Part shown: piece by piece, positions 9,600 to 16,262 of the stretch
How the letters are laid out: every line of letters begins with the position of its first letter
Numbering within the stretch: the stretch's first letter is position 1
From: Bacteroidota bacterium
Lineage (GTDB): Bacteria > Bacteroidota > Bacteroidia > UKL13-3
Assembly (NCBI GenBank): GCA_027488905.1
Contig: JAIYAT010000025.1
Span: 14,139-78,138 of the forward strand
Length of the DNA stretch: 64,000 nt
Direction of reading: 5' to 3'
The notes under the pieces: generated by a model
What the model was told of the DNA's origin: nothing
The model's database searches: none
What the model saw: the letters and a program-made list of their open reading frames with translations, nothing else
Program-made: the position numbers and the translations under genes

Positions 9600-10595
9600 T
9601 TATTCTTTAATAAAAGGGTAGTTTGGTTCAAAATAAACGTCCTCATACAAAGCCGAAGGCTCTGGGAAAGGAGAGTTTTCACTAAACTCTACAGAGTCGT
9701 TTATAATTGCCATTATTTTTTCTTCTATCGCTTCGAGGTCTGAATCACTTGCTATTTTCTTTTTAAGCAAGGTATCCTTTACCATTTCGAGCGGGTCTTT
9801 CTTTTTGTATTCTTCTACTTCTTCCTTAGTTCTATATTTTGCTGGGTCGCTCATGCTATGTCCCCTGTAGCGATAGGTTCTAATTTCAAGTAAGGTTGGT
9901 CCTTCGCCTGCTCTGGCTCTTGTAGCTGCTTCTGCAATTGCTTCGTGCACAGTTTCTGCTTGCATGCCATCAACAGCAAAGGAAGGCATTTCATAGCTTT
10001 CACCAATCTTATACATTTCCATTACATTGGTTGTTCTTTCTACAGAAGTTCCCATTGCATAGCCATTGTTTTCTATCACAAAAATTACAGGCAACTTCCA
10101 AAGCATGGCCATGTTAAAGGTTTCGTGCAAGGCTCCTTGTCTAGCGGCACCATCCCCAAAATAACATACGGTTACTTGGTCTCCACCTCTGTATTGGTCT
10201 GCAAAAGCAATCCCAGCGCCAAGTGGAATTTGTCCTCCAACAATTCCATGTCCACCAAAAAAATTATGTTCTTTGCTAAACATGTGCATAGAACCTCCTT
10301 TTCCTTTGGAACAGCCTGTTACTTTTCCATACAATTCTGCCATAACTTCTCTGGCAGGAATGCCACAAGCTAAGGCGTGCGCATGGTCGCGGTAGGCCGT
10401 TATTAATCGGTCTTCCTTTTTTAAAGCACTCATTGTACCTGCTACTACGGCTTCTTGGCCTATGTAGAGGTGACAAAACCCTTTTATCTTTTGCTGGCCA
10501 TATAATTGGGCAGCTTTCTCCTCAAACCTGCGCATAAGCAACATTTGCTCATACCAGTTGAGGTAAGTTTCTTTGGTAAATTTGTTCGTTGCCAT
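9600..10595 (-). CDS. pdhA: pyruvate dehydrogenase E1 component, alpha subunit
   Basis: 331 aa with the ThDP-binding motif GDGA...NN (YFGDGAARQG ... IENNGYAMGT) and the phosphorylation-loop-like YRYRGHSMSDP. Confidence 0.92.
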   Translation of the reverse strand: MATNKFTKETYLNWYEQMLLMRRFEEKAAQLYGQQKIKGFCHLYIGQEAVVAGTMSALKKEDRLITAYRDHAHALACGIPAREVMAELYGKVTGCSKGKGGSMHMFSKEHNFFGGHGIVGGQIPLGAGIAFADQYRGGDQVTVCYFGDGAARQGALHETFNMAMLWKLPVIFVIENNGYAMGTSVERTTNVMEMYKIGESYEMPSFAVDGMQAETVHEAIAEAATRARAGEGPTLLEIRTYRYRGHSMSDPAKYRTKEEVEEYKKKDPLEMVKDTLLKKKIASDSDLEAIEEKIMAIINDSVEFSENSPFPEPSALYEDVYFEPNYPFIKE

Positions 10596-10670
10596 TTTTG
10601 AAGAGTTGCAAAAGTATAGAAAATATTAGTTTTGACAAGTAATCTTTGAACCAATACAAAAAACCAATCC

Positions 10671-11771
10671 ATGCATTTAGAATCTCTTTATATTCAGCAG
10701 TTTAAGAACTATGAGGCTTTGCAGATACAATTTGCACAGGGATTAAATTGTTTTACAGGCAGCAATGGAGCCGGCAAGACAAATATTTTGGATGCCATTC
10801 ATTATTTGTCTTTTACCAAAAGTTATTTTAATGCAATCGATCAGTTTCAGGCTTTTTTAGGGGGACATTATTTTGTAATTGAATCGGAGTGTAACCAAGG
10901 TAATGTGCAAGAAAAGGTTAGAATTGTTTACCAAAAAGGCAATGGAAAAACACTCTTGGTAAATGGTAATGAGGTACAGAAATTCTCAGAACACATTGGT
11001 TCAATTCCCTTGGTGATGATTGCTCCAGGCGATATTTCTTTGATTCAAGAAGGGTCCGAAGAACGGAGAAAATTTTTGGATCAAGTAATTTCTCAATATG
11101 ATAAGTTATACTTAAATGCATTAATTTCTTACAATCGGGTGCTCGACCAGCGCAATAAAATGCTGAAGGATTTTAAATTTCAGGGAGGTTTTAATCGCTC
11201 CTTACTAGAAACCTATAATGATCAGTTGGTTCAAGCCGGAAACTATATTTTTACCAAAAGAGCAGCTTTTATAGAAAAGGTTCTACCCGTATTTTTAGGT
11301 CATTATAGCTGGATAAGTGGTCCAACTGAAAAGGTTGGAATAGTTTATGAATCTGACTTGTCAAGAACACCGTTTGATATTTTATTGGATCAAACCGAAT
11401 CTGCAGATTTAGATTTAATGCGCACAACAAGAGGAATTCACCGAGATGATTTAAACTTCACCTTAGCGCATAATCCTTTGAAAAAATTTGGCTCACAAGG
11501 GCAGCAAAAAAGTTTCTTAATAGCCTTAAAGCTAGCACAATTCGATTACCTCACAGAGGTTAAGGGTAAAAAACCATTGTTACTTTTGGATGATATTTTT
11601 GAAAAGTTGGACCAGCAACGCTTATCGAGGTTATTTGCGCAGATGGGGGAGGGTAAATTTGGGCAAGTTTTTTTAACCGATACTCAACAGGAGCGTGTCA
11701 AGGCAATGTGCTTAAACAATGCCATCGATGCTAAATTTTTTGAGATTGAAAGTGGTCAATTGCTTCGTTGA
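10671..11771 (+). CDS. recF: DNA replication and repair protein RecF
   Basis: 366 aa with Walker A GSNGAGKTN, SMC-like signature SQGQQKS and Walker B LLLLDDIF. Confidence 0.95.
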   Translation: MHLESLYIQQFKNYEALQIQFAQGLNCFTGSNGAGKTNILDAIHYLSFTKSYFNAIDQFQAFLGGHYFVIESECNQGNVQEKVRIVYQKGNGKTLLVNGNEVQKFSEHIGSIPLVMIAPGDISLIQEGSEERRKFLDQVISQYDKLYLNALISYNRVLDQRNKMLKDFKFQGGFNRSLLETYNDQLVQAGNYIFTKRAAFIEKVLPVFLGHYSWISGPTEKVGIVYESDLSRTPFDILLDQTESADLDLMRTTRGIHRDDLNFTLAHNPLKKFGSQGQQKSFLIALKLAQFDYLTEVKGKKPLLLLDDIFEKLDQQRLSRLFAQMGEGKFGQVFLTDTQQERVKAMCLNNAIDAKFFEIESGQLLR

Positions 11772-12175
11772 GGCGCAGGTCCCATATTGTAAAGCTTAAT
11801 AGCATTTTCTAAGTGTCTATTATAATGTGGCCTGCTAATAAGTGTAGATAAACTTGTAATAGCGGCATAGCCTCCAATACCTCCTAGAACAACAACATCA
11901 TTTTCGGAACCCAATCCAATTACCAAAGGAATTACCGCAAGTATGTCTGCTGATAATTCAGCTGTCCTTACCAATCGGGCTTTTCTTAGGCTAGCTAGCG
12001 CTAATTTGTTGCCTTTGATTAGTTTTTTAAATTCGGGATTGGATAAAGTTGATTTGTTTTGAACAGGAAAAATTACACCAAAATGTTTTACAAAATCAAT
12101 AGAATCCTTTTGCTGGGAAAATGCAGTGCAACAGCTTAGTAGTAAAAAGCTCATGCAAAAAATTATATTTTTCAT
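11756..12175 (-). CDS. secreted or membrane protein of unknown function
   Basis: 139 aa ORF with a signal peptide (MKNIIFCMSFLLLSCCTAFSQ). Its 3' end overlaps recF convergently by 16 nt. Confidence 0.55.
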   Translation of the reverse strand: MKNIIFCMSFLLLSCCTAFSQQKDSIDFVKHFGVIFPVQNKSTLSNPEFKKLIKGNKLALASLRKARLVRTAELSADILAVIPLVIGLGSENDVVVLGGIGGYAAITSLSTLISRPHYNRHLENAIKLYNMGPAPQRSN

Positions 12176-12310
12176 AAGCGATAAAACGTATTTGATGCTA
12201 TAAAAGTTTCTAATCTCGATTTAATTAAAAATTTTAGCATCAAAGATTGAATTAAACTGTGTTTTTAACTTAAAACAAATGAGGAGAATTGCCCAAAACT
12301 CATTGCATTA

Positions 12311-12338
12311 AAACAGAAAAGCCGCACAATCGTGCGGC
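12311..12338 (-). terminator. rho-independent terminator downstream of tRNA-Pro
   Basis: Stem GCCGCAC/GTGCGGC (12321-12327 / 12332-12338) with loop AATC. T-rich tail on the minus strand (TTTTCTGTTT) and also a T-run on the plus side. Confidence 0.8.
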
Positions 12339-12348
12339 TCTGTTTTCG

Positions 12349-12422
12349 TCGGGGTGGCAGGATTCGAACCTACGACCTCCACATCCCAAATGTGGCGCGA
12401 TACCAGGCTACGCTACACCCCG
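12349..12422 (-). tRNA. tRNA-Pro (anticodon UGG)
   Basis: Manual cloverleaf: CGGGGTG acceptor, anticodon arm CCACA-TTTGGGA-TGTGG, T arm GTAGG-TTCGAAT-CCTGC, discriminator A. CCA is not encoded. Confidence 0.92.
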
Positions 12423-12444
12423 ATTCCCTTATTTTTAGGGAGTG

Positions 12445-12474
12445 CAAATATATGAGGTCTATTTAAATTTGCAA
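12445..12474 (-). promoter_or_regulatory. Bacteroidota sigma-A type promoter for tRNA-Pro
   Basis: Minus strand reads TTG-N19-TATATTTG, an exact match to TTG-N19-TAnnTTTG. The -7 box ends about 22 nt upstream of the tRNA 5' end. Confidence 0.75.
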
Positions 12475-12596
12475 GTATTTTTATGAAAAAGTTTGTTAAT
12501 GCTCATAATTAACCAGAAAAAGATACCCATAAGTGGGTATATATAAATCTTTGGTGAGTCGGATTTTTGAACCCAATAATATTTAAAACATTTTTT

Positions 12597-13370
12597 ATGG
12601 AAAACGAAAACAACACTAATCGCCTTTTTATCTGGGTCGCCATTTTACTGATTTTAATCGTTGTAGGCTCAGTTTTTTATTTTCTTGAACGTTCAGACAT
12701 TAGTGGCAAAGTAACTCAGGAGAAACTTAGCGAAAAGCAAAGTGAAGTTATGCTTCAGGGGGCTAGTGCAAATGAAGCAATTTCTGCAATAATTGCGGAT
12801 TCAATAGCAGAGGGATTTGTAGAAAAATACTTAGCAACTGCAAGCTTAGAGGTGCCAGTTTATTGGTATTTTGATAGGTCCCATGTTGAAGATTTGTTTA
12901 CAGCACATTCATCCGGAAATGCTGTTAGCCATATTCGTTTTTATTCAGCGGTGGATAATTCAATCCCTAACAATGCTAAACTTACTTTTATAGTAGTACC
13001 TATTTATCAAAATATAGGTTTTGACAGAACAAAAGCAATGTATGAATTTGCCATAACTTGCCCAGCCAGATGTCCGAAAATATTGCCAGAAGCGCAGCAA
13101 ATTTATTCTAATATGGATAAAAACGATGTTCCTCGTAGCTTTCAATTTTCTAAATCTGAAGTCCAAAACTGCTTTGTTGAAGGAGATAATGTTTTGAGAG
13201 TGGGCGCTAGTATTGGTTCAACTGGAAAATTAAACATTACTTTATGCGGAATTAAAGTGAAAGATGCTAATTTCGAAGAACAACTGGTAAACAATTGTAG
13301 CAGTGTAGCACCCACAACCTTAGCCATAGGTGAGGAACATACAATTGGAAACGACTTTCCGAATCAATGA
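12597..13370 (+). CDS. N-terminally membrane-anchored protein of unknown function
   Basis: ATG at 12597 gives MENENNTNRLFIWVAILLILIVVGSVFYF (signal anchor) followed by a roughly 220 aa extracytoplasmic domain. Its stop overlaps the next start (ATGA). Confidence 0.6.
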   Translation: MENENNTNRLFIWVAILLILIVVGSVFYFLERSDISGKVTQEKLSEKQSEVMLQGASANEAISAIIADSIAEGFVEKYLATASLEVPVYWYFDRSHVEDLFTAHSSGNAVSHIRFYSAVDNSIPNNAKLTFIVVPIYQNIGFDRTKAMYEFAITCPARCPKILPEAQQIYSNMDKNDVPRSFQFSKSEVQNCFVEGDNVLRVGASIGSTGKLNITLCGIKVKDANFEEQLVNNCSSVAPTTLAIGEEHTIGNDFPNQ

Positions 13371-14005
13371 TATTATTAACTTATATTTCTATTTTATTTT
13401 CTGTTATACCGCTTATATCTGGTATCCTTTTTTATCGTACGATAAATTCTTCCCTAAAACCGTTTTTCTTGTATTCTGTCTTTCTGACGTTTACTGAATG
13501 TTTTGTTTCTTTTTATGCTTATACATTTGGAGACAATATGTTTATGTATCCCTATTATGGGTTGATTCAATATTTTTTTATCTTAATTGTTTATAAATAT
13601 CAAGGTGTTTTTAGACGACTCAATTGGTTGTTTTTTGTGCTAATGCTTTTTGGTTTGGCCTTATTTTACCATGATAATTTTTATCTAGATCCTAAACCTT
13701 TAATGCCGCTTTTTCTAATGATTGGTTCTGGATTTATTTGCTTTTTACTAGCCCTTTTGTTTTTTTACCAGGAGCTGCAGTTTCCAAAAGCCGACATATG
13801 GAAGAACCCTGTTTTTTTCATGGTAGTTTCATTAATGTTTTATGGATTGGGGAATGTATTTTATTTCCTATTGTTTAATTCGGCTCTTTCAAACATAAAG
13901 GCATTTGAAGCCATTAGCAATTACCATGAAATACTCAATTGTAGTTTTTATGCGCTCAATGCTTGTGTTTTTTACTTTACCCGTATATGGAAAACAGCTT
14001 ATTGA
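13367..14005 (+). CDS. polytopic membrane protein (about 6-7 TM), possibly the detached sensor module of the downstream kinase
   Basis: 212 aa, almost entirely hydrophobic helices. Its 3' end overlaps the kinase ORF in another frame. Confidence 0.6.
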   Translation: MILLTYISILFSVIPLISGILFYRTINSSLKPFFLYSVFLTFTECFVSFYAYTFGDNMFMYPYYGLIQYFFILIVYKYQGVFRRLNWLFFVLMLFGLALFYHDNFYLDPKPLMPLFLMIGSGFICFLLALLFFYQELQFPKADIWKNPVFFMVVSLMFYGLGNVFYFLLFNSALSNIKAFEAISNYHEILNCSFYALNACVFYFTRIWKTAY

Positions 14006-14751
14006 TTTTTTGGTCGGGTAGTTTGGTAATTATAGTGGTAATTATCATATTAATTATTTTTGTGGTGTTCAACCAGAATAAAGTTCTGCGGCTAGAATTA
14101 TCTGTAAAGAAAATGGAGGTTGAGCGAGAAAAGGAAGCACGTGCCTTGCTTAGAGAAGGTGAGGATAAAGAACGAAGAAGGATTTCGGCAGAACTACATG
14201 ATGGTTTAGGAGCTAGACTTGTTTACCTTAAAATGCAATTAGAATCTGGTGTAGAATCTTACGACAATTTGATTAGTGATCTTGATTTGACCATTGAAGA
14301 GTTAAGGGAGATTTCGCATAATCTAAATCCTTCCTATCTTAATAAAGTTGGCTTGTTTAAAGCGATTGAGAGTTTTGTTTCTGTGTTAAATAGGCATGGA
14401 AAGATTCGTTATCATTATATTGCAAGTAACTTTCCAATGCTCAATTTGGGTAAGGAGGCAACTGTAAACATCATGAGGATAGTAACCGAATTACTCAACA
14501 ATGTACAAAAACATTCTATGGGAAAGAATGCCTATATACAGTTTGGTTCAAGCAGCGATTTACTTTACTTAACTGTAGAAGATGATGGCTTGGGAATAGG
14601 CAATGCCAAACCAAGCGGATCTGTTTTACCTGGAATTGGTTTGCAAACCATTCAAGAGCGCATTAACAATTTAGAAGGGACGCTCAGTATTACCTCTGAA
14701 AATGGAACATTAATTACAATAGAATTACCTTTAACCAAACTCGAAGTATGA
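13987..14751 (+). CDS. sensor histidine kinase, HisKA_3 (NarL/DegS type) plus HATPase_c
   Basis: One TM, a coiled coil, H-box SAELHDGLGARL, N-box ELLNNVQKHS and G-box DDGLGIG..GIGLQTIQER. First ATG is at 13987; the ORF-track start at 13963 is TTG. Confidence 0.85.
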   Translation: MENSLLIFWSGSLVIIVVIIILIIFVVFNQNKVLRLELSVKKMEVEREKEARALLREGEDKERRRISAELHDGLGARLVYLKMQLESGVESYDNLISDLDLTIEELREISHNLNPSYLNKVGLFKAIESFVSVLNRHGKIRYHYIASNFPMLNLGKEATVNIMRIVTELLNNVQKHSMGKNAYIQFGSSSDLLYLTVEDDGLGIGNAKPSGSVLPGIGLQTIQERINNLEGTLSITSENGTLITIELPLTKLEV

Positions 14752-15359
14752 GCAGGATTAGCCTATTTATTGTTGATGACCACCAAATTATCATTGATGG
14801 GTTAAAAGGATTATTTGGCCCACTTGAGGATTTTATCATATGTGGTGAAGCAAATGATATAGAAAGCGCCACCAATGGGATTTTAAATTTAAAGCCAGAT
14901 ATTGCTTTAGTAGACATTAGAATGCCAAATGGAACAGAGGGTTTGAAGCTATTGCAATGGGTAGTGAAAAATAAATTAGATACAAAAGTGGTGCTACTAA
15001 GCATGCATCATGATGTAAGATTGATTCAAGATGCTAAAAATTGGGGAGCAAAGGGTTATTTGTTAAAAAATACCGGCAAAGATGAGCTCTTTCATGCACT
15101 CAGGTTTATTGTGGATGGTGGGGTTTATTTTTATGAAGCAAAAGAGGAAAAACAGCAACAAGAAGTTGTGTTTACACCAAAAGAATTAGAGGTTATCAGG
15201 CTAATTGTGGATGGTTACTCCTCTTCAGAAATCTCACAAAAATTATCCATCTCAGATGAAACCGTAAAAGTTCATCGCCGAAATATTAGAAACAAAACGG
15301 GCACCACAAACACCGTTGAATTGATAAATAAATTAGTTGAATTAGGGTTTCCGTATTAA
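14748..15359 (+). CDS. response regulator, LuxR/NarL family (REC plus HTH)
   Basis: 203 aa. REC domain (IVDDH..., phospho-acceptor VDIRMP) and a C-terminal LuxR HTH (LTPKELEVIRLIVDGYSSSEISQKL). ATGA overlap with the kinase gene. Confidence 0.9.
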   Translation: MSRISLFIVDDHQIIIDGLKGLFGPLEDFIICGEANDIESATNGILNLKPDIALVDIRMPNGTEGLKLLQWVVKNKLDTKVVLLSMHHDVRLIQDAKNWGAKGYLLKNTGKDELFHALRFIVDGGVYFYEAKEEKQQQEVVFTPKELEVIRLIVDGYSSSEISQKLSISDETVKVHRRNIRNKTGTTNTVELINKLVELGFPY

Positions 15360-15399
15360 TCAAATCCTGTAAAGATGATTAAAGTGAAATCTATAATTC

Positions 15400-15792
15400 C
15401 TATGCCATTGGGGTGCAGATTTCAATAAGAAATCCGTCTATATCTCTAAGGTAGGCAACGGTTTGACCCCAAGGTTTAACTTTTGGTAAGGCTACAAGTG
15501 TTGCTCCAGCTTTTTGCGCAGCATCTATTGTCTCAGCCACATTTTCTGTGGTAAAGCCTAATTCAATTCCAAATGGCTTTTGTGTTACATCACTTTGCAT
15601 AAAACCTTCAGGAAAATTTGAATTGGCCAAATCTAAAGAAGCAAATGAAAGTGTGGTATCACCCATTGCAAGCTCTGCATAATCGTTTTCGGGTGAAATA
15701 AATTTTCTATTGAACCCAAATGCGGTTTCATAAAAGGCTAATGCTTTTGCAACATCTTTTACATATAAAATGGTGTAGGCAAACTTTATCAT
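15400..15792 (-). CDS. VOC family protein (glyoxalase / bleomycin-resistance fold)
   Basis: 130 aa. The N-terminus (FAYTILYVKDVAKALAFYETAFGF) and the C-terminal YLRDIDGFLIEI are typical VOC modules. Confidence 0.8.
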   Translation of the reverse strand: MIKFAYTILYVKDVAKALAFYETAFGFNRKFISPENDYAELAMGDTTLSFASLDLANSNFPEGFMQSDVTQKPFGIELGFTTENVAETIDAAQKAGATLVALPKVKPWGQTVAYLRDIDGFLIEICTPMA

Positions 15793-15892
15793 AAATTGAA
15801 TTTATAGCACAAGGATAGTTTGTTTTTTATTCTCAAAGGTCTTCGAATTCGCTGCTAAGGTCTATTGGCTATTTACCATGGACTCCCCAATG

Positions 15893-15924
15893 AAACAAAA
15901 AATGCCAACAAATTTTGCTGGCAT
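15893..15924 (-). terminator. rho-independent terminator downstream of tRNA-Ser
   Basis: On the minus-strand RNA, AUGCCAGCA-AAAUU-UGUUGGCAU forms a 9 bp stem (one G-U), followed by UUUUUUGUUU. It starts 4 nt after the tRNA 3' end. Confidence 0.7.
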
Positions 15925-15928
15925 CTAG

Positions 15929-16020
15929 TGGCGGAGAGAGCGGGATTCGAACCCGCGGTAGATATTACTACCTACGTCGGTTTAGCAAACCGGTGGTTTC
16001 AGCCTCTCACCCATCTCTCC
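15929..16020 (-). tRNA. tRNA-Ser (anticodon GCU), long variable arm, CCA encoded
   Basis: Manual fold: acceptor GGAGAGA/TCTCTCC, anticodon loop TTGCTAA, variable arm GGTAG-TAATAT-CTACC, T arm GCGGG-TTCGAAT-CCCGC, then GCCA. Confidence 0.9.
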
Positions 16021-16045
16021 GTGGCGGCTGAATTCTTAAGAGGTG

Positions 16046-16075
16046 CGAATTTAACGCTCTACCAACAATTTGCAA
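16046..16075 (-). promoter_or_regulatory. Bacteroidota sigma-A type promoter for tRNA-Ser
   Basis: Minus strand reads TTG-N19-TAAATTCG (one mismatch to TAnnTTTG). It shares the 13-mer AATACTTGCAAAT around the -33 element with the tRNA-Pro promoter. Confidence 0.65.
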
Positions 16076-16262
16076 GTATTATTTTCAAATTGATTCTCTT
16101 AATGGTAAGAATTAAGTAATTTATTTTAAACGTTTAAATAATAAGTGGCTTATTTCTAATGGCTTAATTGCTGTTAACATTTTTTTTGTAAATTTTGTGC
16201 ATACCATGCGCACAATTTTTGGCTAAAATATTGTTGTATTGATACACCAATTCTAAACTACC

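Noticed and set aside
15865-16119. 84 aa plus-strand ORF from the ORF track
   Set aside because: It lies entirely over the minus-strand tRNA-Ser, its terminator and its promoter. There is no coding support.
12176-16262. tRNA-associated genomic island or integrated element at tRNA-Pro or tRNA-Ser
   Set aside because: No integrase, transposase or phage gene lies within the window. I found no direct repeat of either tRNA 3' end downstream.
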